Of a stretch of DNA of 64,000 nt, positions 53,360-64,000 are shown piece after piece (positions within the stretch are counted from its first letter, which is position 1; each line of letters opens with the position of its first letter). This DNA is from Octopus vulgaris. Taxonomy: Eukaryota. The notes under the pieces were generated by a model. The model saw only the letters and a list, made by a program, of their open reading frames with translations, was not told the DNA's origin and searched no databases. The stretch lies in contig OX597816.1 of the NCBI GenBank assembly GCA_951406725.2, positions 140,120,001 through 140,184,000 of the forward strand. Direction: 5' to 3'. Position numbers and translations under genes: made by a program.

Positions 53360-53773
53360 AGGCGGCGAGCTGGCAGAAACGTTAGCATGCCGGGCGAAAT
53401 GCTTAGCGGTATTTTGTCTGCCGTTACGTTGTGAGTTCAAATTCCGCCGAGGTCGACTTTGCCTTTCATCCTTTTGGGGTCGATAAATTAAGCACCAGTT
53501 ACGCACTGGGGTCGATGTAATCGACTTAATACCTATGTCTGTCCTTGTTTGTCTCCTCTGTGTTTAGCCCCTTGTGGGTAATAAAGAAATAGGGTATTTT
53601 GTCTGCCGCTACGTTCTGAGTTCAAATTCCGCCGAGGTCGACTTTGCCTTTCATCCTTTCGGGGTCGATAAATTAAGTACCAGTTCACTGGGGTCGATGT
53701 AATCGACTTAATCCATTTGTCTGTCCTTATTTGTCCCGTCTGTGTTTAGCCCCTTGTGGGTTGTAAAGAAATA
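53360..53773 (+). mobile_element. SINE family B dimer with 16-bp TSD
   Basis: TSD tatatttaaatcatta at 53344-53359 and 53774-53789; two tandem bodies. Confidence 0.92.
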
Positions 53774-53799
53774 TATATTTAAATCATTATACTTAAAAT

Positions 53800-55255
53800 C
53801 AGTTTGTTGTACATCAGAGGTGTACAGGTTCAGATTTCACGAAGACATTTCCGGCACTCATCCAATGGATAATTTATATTATGTGAACATGTGTATACAC
53901 AAAATAATTCAATTTTAAGTTTCTTTTTTCTTACTTACAACAGCCCTACTATTTTATTATGATACCAGTATATGAAAAACAAGATATTAATGTGAATCTT
54001 ACCTTGATGATCTCTTATCGTGTTTAAAAGTTTTATAAAACCTATGTCTACATGTGGATAATGCTTCTGATTGGCAATTAATTGAATTATTTTGTTTACA
54101 TAATAATATGTATAGCGATTCTTTTGCACAAAGACGGTAGATAGAAGAGTTATGTGTATATGGTGTAGCTGAGTCAATGAGGATAATTTATAGTTAACAT
54201 TTTTGCTTTTTGTAGTTTATGTACATATGTAACCAATGAAGTTGTGTTACTCGTTATATTCGGTTTAAATGAATGTATACGTGCTACAAATCTTTGCTTA
54301 AAGTTGATAGAGCTCCCTACATATACCACACTGTGTGCGTTAACAGTTTTTGTAACAGTGCACTGTTACAAAACGTCGAACTTTCTACATTTGCCTTCTA
54401 AAGGACATGATTTTTTTATTTTTACATGTGCAAAATTTATTTGTATGTTTCTGTTCCGTTGTATAATATTTAATACTGTTACGATTATTTGTTATGGTGT
54501 ATGGTGTTATATTTGAATTTGTTGTGGAATCATTTATAATAGAATTAGGTAAATTTACTGTTTGTATATTACTATTGTTATTAGATTGTGGTACTTGATT
54601 ATCTAAAGTCCTGTCTTATCCAATCGTTTGCATATTTTGGGTGTATAATTATTGGAATTTTACTGAGATTTTGTTAATGTTACAGTATCGCTATGTATTC
54701 TCGTAATGTTATCTATTGAAATGGTATTATATTGAGTATTATTTGGTGTTCTAGGACTACTGCATATTTCATTACCGGTATTATAGTTGTTACTATTATT
54801 TCTTAAACTATTTTTGTATTTATTAAGTCTTCGTCTATTAGAGCTAGCGAAAATGGATCCTATGTTCGACAATGTAGAAAAAGATATTTTAATTGTTGAT
54901 CTATTAAATATATGGTGATACTTATGATTATTAGGTAAGTTATTTTAGACTATGTTTAAAATATTTTTTTTTTTTGCTAATCACTTAACATTATTGAAAA
55001 TGGGGGTGTATACCAAAAAAATTTCCCTATTTCCACTCCATCTAGGTAATTTACTATAGTTATATACTATTTTTGGAATTTGCATAGTATTTCCCGAGTG
55101 TTTTTGTTATTACTATATTTGGTTCTATATGTCTACAATAACATTTTCTCGGTTTTTGTCATGTCTTACGGAGGTTTGATCTTTTTGTATTGATTGAATA
55201 TTATTGTTATAGGTAAGGCTAGCTGCATTTCTTATTTTAATATTATGTGTATTTT
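53800..55255 (-). mobile_element. Old PLE 3' fragment (RT thumb/linker plus GIY-YIG), Nematis-like
   Basis: IWYTPIFNNV...HKYHHIFNRSTIKISFSTLSNIGSI and CTCK...CPLEGKC...VL.QC.V...VYVGSS.NFKQR, read across frameshifts. Confidence 0.75.
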
Positions 55256-56689
55256 GGTTTAGAAACCGGTTCTTTCTCTATTGGCAAGAAATCATGAAAT
55301 AAACTGAATAATGACATACATTTCTTTCTTCCTGTTGTCTTGATAAATGATAGTCTGTAAAAATGACTACATGATAAATCTATTGAAAATACTCACGATA
55401 CGAAAACCTAAGATTAGTGTGTGGGGGACGTTGAGAGCAAGATTGGATTCTAGTGGATGGATAGTTATTCACAAACGCCGCCGTTAGTTTTGTCTTTTAA
55501 AATAGAATTCGTTCAAAATAATCCCCACACCTTTTCCTGTGTACCATGGCTCATTAGCAATCTGGGACGTCTCGTTCACACATAGAAGAATGGGTGTGTG
55601 CTAAATAAAAGTTGTTTAGTGGGCCTAAAACTTAGAATATATGACGATGAGTGATCTGAAATACTGATGGTGATGGTTGATGTTGCTATAGAGAAGAGAG
55701 GGGTAGTGGATCTAGACTTTTGATTGGGGTAGGTGTGGAAGTATGATGCTGAAATAGAGATAAGAAATTATTTTCTTTTAAACTCTATGCTTATTATGTC
55801 ATTTCTCACGTCATTTTTTAAATTCTAACATCAAATAAATCTATTTTACTGTAATCCACATCATGTAATACCCAGACAACTATTGCTTACTATGTCAATA
55901 TGAAATTAATAACAAAAAAAGGCGACAGTTTTTTCTTCATCTAAAACCCTTTTTGAGAGTCTGTTTCTCGCCTACCATGACATACAAAATAGTATTCGAC
56001 TGCCGCGATAATTTATAGAGAATTAGTTCAAAGAGATTATACTATTTCATGAAACATATATATGAGACTACCATTAACACTAATTTATCCTAACAACTAT
56101 TTTAATAGGTAAATTAATTATTTCTTCGAGGACTGAGTTTCTATATGATACGAACGAAATACTTCCTTCGTAAGATCTCAGATTTCGAGACGAAGGAAAA
56201 TGAGTCTCAATCATGTACATAGCTTTTTTTTCAAAAATAATAGCAACAAATGTAAACTTAAATACCAAGTCGTAGGTATCAGACCCGATTTAGTTTTAAC
56301 AAATATGATTTTGTATTAATCTATAGCTTATCTTTAGTTACAATTGAGTGTGTGTGTGGATGTTTAGTGTGTTGGTGAACTTGCACATGAGGGCAGAGTT
56401 TTTTGTTCTTTTGTTGTTGTTTTTCTTTTGGTGTGGTGGTTGCAGATGTGAGCGATAGTGTTGGTCTCTGTCGTTGTTGTTGCACTTGTTGAGACGTCGA
56501 AAGCACTAGACATGCCGATTTGGTTATGAAGTTCGATTCGCAACTACATGACTACATGGTTTGGGTTCGGTCTCACTGCACGTGTTTCTACTAATGCCTT
56601 GGGTCGACTAATAATTTTGTAAGTGAAAGATGGAAGCTGTTTGGAAGCCTGTTGTATATGTGTGTTTGTGATGATGCGTGCAGTTTATT

Positions 56690-57855
56690 TAGGGCACCTC
56701 TTTCAAGAGTTCTAACTTACTTTTTTACCATATTTTTCAGATAAATAATGTCAGACATCAAGTTGAGCCAACAAATGAAAAGGTAGGCTGCAATCATTGC
56801 CTTAAAAACGTACAATGGTAATACAAAAATATTTCGCTTCCTAAAAGTTGTTTGATCCTCTATCGTCAAAGTTCGAACGGAGTTGAAAACACCTGACGAG
56901 GATCCAACATCAGCAGCTAAATTCAAAACACATCTTGATGCCATTACAACATATAACTGTACAAAAAGTCCCCAAAATAACCGATTGAAAAACCCCCGGA
57001 AAGTCAATCAGGGTCGTTGCAAAAGACCTCAAGGTTTCAGAAGGCGCCATCAGAAGAGCTGTACATGAGGACATCCGGTACAAGTCAGTTTATGTCATAT
57101 GTAACAAGAGAAAATCATTCGAGCAATCCAAAGTGCTATGTAAACAAGTTAAAACACCAAGAGGCTGGAATGATTTGGTTGTTCTCCGATGAGAAAAAAC
57201 TTCAATCAGGACCAAAAGGTAAACCGAAGGAACGGTGGATTATGTAGGGATCTGAATGAGGTTCCAACTGTTATGCATATTAAGTCTTCAACAACTGTGA
57301 TGATTCTGGGAGTCACCAGTAACGAAGGAGATGGCATGCCTCTTCGAATATTCTCACAGGGCTTAAGAGTCAATGCTGCTGCCAACAAAGAGTTGTTTGA
57401 AAACATTGTGAGGTCCTTGATAAACAGAGTACGTAACGGAAGACCGTACATCTTGCAACAAGACTCTGTGCCAGCTCACAAGGCTAGAAAAACCCAAGCG
57501 TGAGTACGTGCCAATTTCCATGATCATGTTCTTCAAGACACATGGACCCCTAGCTCACCAGACCTTAATCCTATACGTAATCTATTACGTATGGGGCGTA
57601 GTCGAGAGAAAGGTCAATCAATATCCCCAATCTCTCACGTCCACTATAACTAACACTGTCCAACATTGATAAAGATTATCTAATTCGGGCTTGTCAAAGC
57701 TTCCGATCCGGTATTGAAGCGACCATTGATACTAATGGTGTAAGAATTCTCAAGATTATTTATACTGATTTGTTTTCAAATACAGCTTTTCTTTAGTGAG
57801 CTAAGCGCCTATTTCTAAATTCATACAAATGACCTAAAAAAAATTATGTACTCTG
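56690..57855 (+). mobile_element. Tc1/mariner superfamily transposon (maT/DD37D-like), decayed
   Basis: Motifs WLFSDEK, VM.LGV.S..G, QQDS.PAH.A..TQ, WTPSSPDLNP. Confidence 0.8.
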
Positions 57856-58036
57856 TACATGCACGTATGTGTCTTTGTGTTTGTGTTTGCTCTTACCACT
57901 GCCTCTTGTCGACTTTTGTTGGTTTGTTGACCTCCCCGTAACTTGTTCTATTCGACAAAAAAATGCCGGATTGAATCAAAATTGTTATCGAATTTTCACT
58001 GATGATTTTTGGCAACTTGTATCTCTCTATGTTATA

Positions 58037-59259
58037 TTATTAAGTTGCCCAATCGTTGCTGAATTGTTTGTTCTTAATTTTCATATATAACTTACAAATA
58101 TTAATTGTTTATTCTTTATTTTATAGATTTAATAACGAGTAATGATAAATTGCAATTGGAGCCGTTTTATACTACTTGTGGAAAAATGGGCTGAGTTCAA
58201 GAGCAGTGACAAAAAATCATTAATGTGAATGGCCCAAGAACTATCAGCGGACGTGAGGCACAAAACTGGTTCAGACTTTTCAAGGAAGCTGACAGCAGCC
58301 TCGAAGATAAACCAAGGTCAAGGATACCTTCTGTTGTGGTAGATGAGGCCTTACTAGAAATGTTTCAACAACAGCGAAACACAGGTACAACATCGACGTA
58401 CAAGTACAACAGCCAAACACAAGTACAACAGCCAAGCACAAGCACAATAGCTAAATACATTGTCAACAAAACTAGGTCCTTCAATACGTTCCATCAATCG
58501 ACACCTTCATAAGCTCAGTTTTGCGAACAGACGTTGTCAAGAAGCTCATGAACTGACCATTGACCAGGTTCAACGACTTGTGAACATTTGCAAACAACTG
58601 CTGATAAGTCCTCGAGATAACCATTTTTGGTGTCGAATTGTAGCTGGATCTATTTTCGAAATTATAAGAGAAGTTAGTGGCTTCGTTTCGGCCAGGCTTC
58701 AGAACCTCGGATCATACAAGGGCGGTTTGAACAAAAGATCATGTTGTGTATTTGGTGAAATTTAGAGGGAGTGTTGTACTTTTAGTTTCTCTTATATGGT
58801 CAAGCCGTGAACGCTAAACTTTATGCTCAACAACTGCAGCGAGTATATCATGCTTTGAAAGCCCGCAATCCAATGTTGATCAATCGAAGACAGCATGACG
58901 ATGCTTCAGTACACACTTCCAATGTGACCAAGCACAGACTTGAAGAACTTGCGGGCTGGAAGTGCTGCCGCATCCTGCCTACAGTCCAAACCTTGCACCA
59001 TCAGATTACTACCTTTTCTGAGCCATGACTCATTTCCTGCAACAATGTAGATGAGATTTAAAAACGGGTGCATGGAGTTCTTTTTTTGGCCTCTAAATTA
59101 GCCAAATAGTATAAGTGTGGGATTGAGCTTCTGGCACAATGATGGCAAGAGACAATAAAATAAAATGAGATATATTTTGATGAATAAACGCCTTTCACAT
59201 GTAATTTGTTTGAACTATTAAAGCTTGAATTACAAAAAATCTTTTGACTCAACCTGATA
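58037..59259 (+). mobile_element. mariner transposon, decayed
   Basis: Motifs AQNWFR.FK..D.SLEDKPRS, HELT, HDDA..H, HPAYSP.LAPSDYYLF; 3' TIR cttttgactcaacctgataa. Confidence 0.85.
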
Positions 59260-60790
59260 ATTATTGGGGTCGCTGTATTCGACTAACTCTACAAGATAAT
59301 GCATCATCAGGGCTGCAGTGTAATGATTGAATCAAGAGAAAGAACAAAAGAGGTGGAGGCTTCCCAATTGTGTCTTTTCCTGCGAGAAGAAGGCTTTTAG
59401 ATGGTTGTGGTACCTCATATATGGTATCGGGGATTTTTTTGCCTCTACACCACACATTCAATTCCATTGTTAGCTCGATCAGTTCGAAGGTGGCTTCAAT
59501 CCTTTTTTGGTTTGCTTAGACTATGAACACTTTTGTCCGTCCACGACCAATTTCGTTTTTTATCTTTCGTATCTCTAAAATCTTCATCAGCCAAAACAGT
59601 GGTTATCAACCGCTTGTTACTTACTTTTAGTGACTCATCCACAAACCAGACCCTCGTCCATTACCGGCTAATACACTATTGTACAGGGTGAAATCTTTGC
59701 TCTTAGAAGAGGTTGTGGAGTGGCTTCTCGCTTAAGTTTTCTTGAGATTATCTGACCTCTATCGTTTTATATTGGTCGTATCTGCGTGTTAGCCTCTCTA
59801 CACTTGGAGCCTTAGCGCGCATACATCGGTAGAAGGGAACGCTACTCAGAAGCGACTATGTAACCCTGCAGATCCCGAGTCACCCTGCTCACTAAGTGAA
59901 CTATGTTAAGTGCTCCTCTCTTCATAAATTCCAGCCTACAGCTGCATGCTTATAGTAGGTCCGCTTTCTCAGGCCATCCTCGCTACATTCACTCACCTTT
60001 CAGCAAATTTACTGGGAGAGGACTTTCCTCTTTACTTCCACTTTCCTTTCCAAGTGGAACCGGAAAAGGTTCGTGTAATTTGTTTGAACTATTAAAGCTT
60101 ATTCTTCATAGCCATCAGAAAGAGAAAAACTGCCTGGACTTTCCAGTCAAAGGAAGGTGACTGGGCGATTTTTACGTTGGAGCCCGCTTTCAACTGGATC
60201 GGTCATACACGCGACAAGAGGTTTCTACGCTTCATCCAGGACTGCAGCTCACTCAAAGAGACGAGCAGCGGAAAAGAGCGTCTAAAAAGCAGTTACTACA
60301 TTCTTTCTCCTGTTCACGCCAAAAAGAGGCTGGAGAAGTTGCAGCCTCAACGCATATCGACGCATCATTAGCCACATTATGCTCAGTCTTCCACACAGCG
60401 GATGTTGACAACAAGTGGACCATCTAACCAATGGAATACATCCCCTCTACAGAGAGAAAAAGAGCAAATGCTCCAATTTGGTCAGTCATAAAACAGTACA
60501 GAGCACGTCGGTCAGGTGGTAATAAATGACGGATGCAGTGTAAGCATTTGCCACCTCCGCCGGGCCTTTCAGGGATAGTTTCTTTTCAGTCTTTTCTGAA
60601 TGAGACTAACCAGCCTGCTCATCATCCCCCGCCGCCAAGTTCTTATTCATCTGTAGGTCTGGATTAAATCAAAACCTGAGTCTTTCATCATTTTGTGGTC
60701 AACAAAATAAGTACCAGTTGAACACTTGAGTCGATTACATCGACTCATCTCCTAAACCAAAATTGCTGCCCTTGTGGCAAAATTTGAAAC

Positions 60791-60836
<46 letters not shown>

Positions 60837-60837
60837 G

Positions 60838-61390
60838 AGTGAGAGAGCAGTGCATGCCATCAAAGTGACACTGGGGTAAAATATACGAAGCCCAGTATAC
60901 CCATCATGACCACCCGTCTGATAAGGGTACACTAGGCACATGCATCACAACCATATGTGCATGACATGATGATCTCATTTCAAGATAAACAGCACATGAC
61001 CTTGCAGCTGGGGCCCAATTAGAATTTTCCTCAGGTCGAGTAACCCATCCTGCTCAAAAGGTCCCTGAATAAGGGTTGTTTAAGGATGTTGAACAAAACA
61101 CCCATGTTTCCAGAGGTGAATTATTCAAACCCCAAACAATCCCTCTCAACACACGGCTATGATGCTCCCCCACTACTTCTGCTCGTGATCAGAGATGCAC
61201 ATATCGTCAGCCACCAAGGGACATGTTCAACTGGTTAAGATCAAACAACTGACAAGCAAATCTGTGGTAATGAGCAGAATATTTGCTGTAGCCCATCTTT
61301 TATACCAAGACAAAACAATGTACATGATAACACTTCCAATCAGTTAAGATCAGAAGCCATGAGAGCCACTGCCTGGTACTGCATCAGGGC

Positions 61391-61393
<3 letters not shown>
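60838..61393 (-). mobile_element. ~555-bp non-coding element embedded in an (ATT)n tract
   Basis: Complex sequence with sharp boundaries, flanked on both sides by (ATT)n; no ORF. Strand is inferred from neighbouring Dong-like inserts. Confidence 0.5.
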
Positions 61394-61465
<72 letters not shown>

Positions 61466-61508
61466 CATTATTATTAATTATTATTATTATTACTATTATT
61501 ATTATTAT

Positions 61509-61722
61509 TAGGGGGTGAGCTTGCAGAATCATTAGCACGCTGAACGAAATGCTTAGTGGTATTTAGCCCGTCGCTACGTTCTGAATTCAAATCCCGCCAA
61601 GGTCGACTTTGCCTTTCAACCTTTCGGGGTCGATAAATTAAGTACCAGTTGCGTACTGGGGTCAATCTAACCGACTGGCTCCCTCACAAAAAATGTTGGG
61701 CCTTGTATCTAGAGTAGAAAAG
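61509..61722 (+). mobile_element. SINE family B
   Basis: Matches 52459-52620, with the alternative tail ggccttgt..ctagagtagaaaagattatt. Confidence 0.85.
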
Positions 61723-61740
61723 ATTATTATTATTATTATT

Positions 61741-62506
61741 CTATGTTTGACTTTTGCTTTATGTCTGTACAAGTTGGCTCCAAGTCTCACCCAGAGACCT
61801 CAAGAGACAACAGGTTGGAAGTTCTGTGCCATATATTTGGGGTTTTTTTTTTTTTGGTGTTGTACTAGTGAATGTCTAATACATAAAAATAAAATTTTTA
61901 AAAAAATAAAATAAAATAAAACAAAATAAAATAAATGAATAAATAAATAAAAAAAAGTTTGTTTTAAACCTTGGGATTACATAGAGTATTTTGCGTAGGA
62001 TATGAGCAGTTCCCATGAGCACTATCTTTTGAATTTCTGCCATTTTGAGGTTTCCTGGTATCTGAGTTAGGTAGCAATTAGTCCCTTTCGCTATCATTCC
62101 CAGGGCACCTATGACAACAGGTATTGTTTTAGTCTTCAGCTTCCACATTTTGCTGATTTCTATTTCAAGATCTTTATATTTGCTCAGTTTTTGGTAGGTC
62201 TTGACAGATACATTTATATCGAGTGGGACAGTCATATCAATGAGGAGGCATGTTCTTTGTCTGAAGTCTTTCAATATGATGTCTGGCCTATTTGCATCTA
62301 TCTTCCTGTCAGTTTGAATGGTGAAGTTCCAGAGGAGTGAGATGTGGTCATTTTCAAGCACTGGAGGTGGATTGTGTTCCCACCAGTTTTTTTCATGGGG
62401 CAAATCCAGGTTTTTGCAAAACATCATTGTACAGTTATGTTAGCAGTTCATGGCTCTCTGGGAAGGCATTCAGCCAGAAGTTAGGAATTTTATCCCTTCC
62501 TGGAGT
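61741..62506 (-). mobile_element. R4/Dong-type LINE remnant with restriction-like endonuclease (REL) domain, inserted in (TAA)n
   Basis: W.H.P..VLEN....LLWNFTIQTDR.I.ANRPDI....CLLIDM.VP.D.NV..K...K..KY.DL...IPVVIGALG; (ATT)n on both sides. Confidence 0.9.
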
Positions 62507-62541
62507 TATTATTATTATTATTATTAATTATTATTATCATA

Positions 62542-62645
<104 letters not shown>

Positions 62646-62651
62646 CATTAT

Positions 62652-62890
62652 TGCCTTTGCACAGCTTCTAACGCTGGAGATGTATTACAGTGTCAGCTGT
62701 TCACTACCAGTGAACTAAGGTAACACCTCTTATTTTTCGAGCACCTTCAGGAGTATTCGAGCGGTTACAAGCAGTGCTGTTTTCTGCAAGTGCCTCACCC
62801 TTATATCAGCTCCTATTTGTTCCACGTACTTCTCGAGATTTTTGCTCACTGTTCCCAGGGCTCCGACAATTATTGGTACTACCACTAACA
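62652..62890 (-). mobile_element. Second R4/Dong-type 3' fragment in (TAA)n
   Basis: VVPIIVGALGTV.K.L....QIG......LQKTALL.TARIL.KVL, then a short 3' UTR into (TAA)n. Confidence 0.85.
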
Positions 62891-63599
62891 TTATTATTAT
62901 TATTATTATTATTGACGGAATCATTATAGCACGTTGGACAAAAGACTGAGTTTCATGTCGTACGTCTTTACGTTCCGAGTTCAAATGCCGCCGAGGTCGA
63001 CTGTGCCCTTCATCTTTCGGAGTCGATAAAATGAGTACCATCTGAGCACTGGGGTCTCTCTGGGCCCAGTGCTCAGCTGGCACTTATTTCTACCTGACCT
63101 ATCGGTAGGTTATTCTAGGCAGTTACCCAAGCTTTAGCAAACTACTCCTTAAAAGGAAGTAACTAGTTTTGTTTTGGAAATGGAAGTTATAATTTGAAAT
63201 ACACTTTGTTATTTTCGATGAATGACGCAATGCACAAAGAGAAAATGTTGTATTTACAATAGTGAAATTGCACATGCTTGTACATGTGCTTCTATTGCAA
63301 AGATTACGAAGGTAGAAAGCTATTGAATAAAGTATGTGAACTGAGAATAATAACATTTTCTGATGTTACAATATGACAATCTAACTGGTCTGAGAAAAAG
63401 AAAAGTTGGAAAATACCATGAGAAAAACAATGACTAGGTGTGATCACTTCTTAACTATGCAAACCAAAAATAAAGAAAAAGAAAATAGAATTTTTGTGTT
63501 ATGTTTTCGTATAACAACACAAGTCACAAGGTAATGAACGTGCTTCCTAAACACTTTCTTATCGCACTAAACCTGCAAAGAATAATTACAAATGGTTTC

Positions 63600-63970
63600 A
63601 AATTTCGGCACAAGGCTAACAAGTTTTTAAGTTGATCACATTGACCTGAATGTTCAACTGGTACTGATCTTATTGAGCATGGAAGGATGGGAGACAAAAC
63701 TGACCCCGGCAGTATTTGAATGCATAATATAAAGAGACAGAAAAAATACCGTTAGGCAATTTTCTCATTGCCGAGGCCAAATTTGTCTTTCATCCTTTCA
63801 GGGTCGATAAAATACGTACCAGGGCTCAACTGGTACTTATTTTATTGACCTCGAAAGAATGAAGGGAAAATTCAACCACGTCAGTATTTGAACGTAGAAC
63901 GTAAAAAACGGAAGAAATGCCGTTACACATCTTTTGCTACATACTAAAGATTCTGCCAGCTCACCGCTTT
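63600..63970. mobile_element. Cluster of old SINE family B fragments, both orientations
   Basis: tttcatcctttcagggtcgataaa at ~63790 and reverse-complement heads at ~63700-63760 and ~63830-63967. Confidence 0.65.
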
Positions 63971-64000
63971 TATAAGATTATTATAATTCTTTCTACTATA

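Noticed and set aside
55260-55285. GAAACCGGTTC hammerhead 3' half at the truncated end of the old PLE
   Set aside because: Core and stem II are absent, so it cannot be called a ribozyme.
61370-61392. cctggtactgcatcagg resemblance to U2 snRNA stem-loop IV
   Set aside because: Too short, and no other U2 sequence is nearby.

Overview
This is AT-rich, microsatellite-saturated eukaryotic DNA made almost entirely of decayed transposable elements. The repeat repertoire suggests a coleoid cephalopod such as Octopus (inference). No intact host gene is evident, and most ORF-track entries are microsatellite artefacts. Recognisable elements include Penelope-like retroelements (PLEs) with inverted ends and hammerhead ribozyme (HHR) motifs; CR1-, Tx1/L1-, RTE- and R4/Dong-type LINE remnants; pogo, Tc1, maT and mariner DNA transposons; Helitrons; and at least three tRNA-derived SINE families. 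The most striking region is 48360-53221. Three head-to-tail ORF1-only (CCHC zinc-knuckle, HAL1-like) retroelements sit inside a single 13-bp target-site duplication. Only the 5'-most unit carries massive strand-specific A-to-G hypermutation with ADAR-like neighbour preference. It looks like a hyper-edited RNA fixed in the genome, possibly joined to two other RNAs by reverse-transcriptase template jumping.
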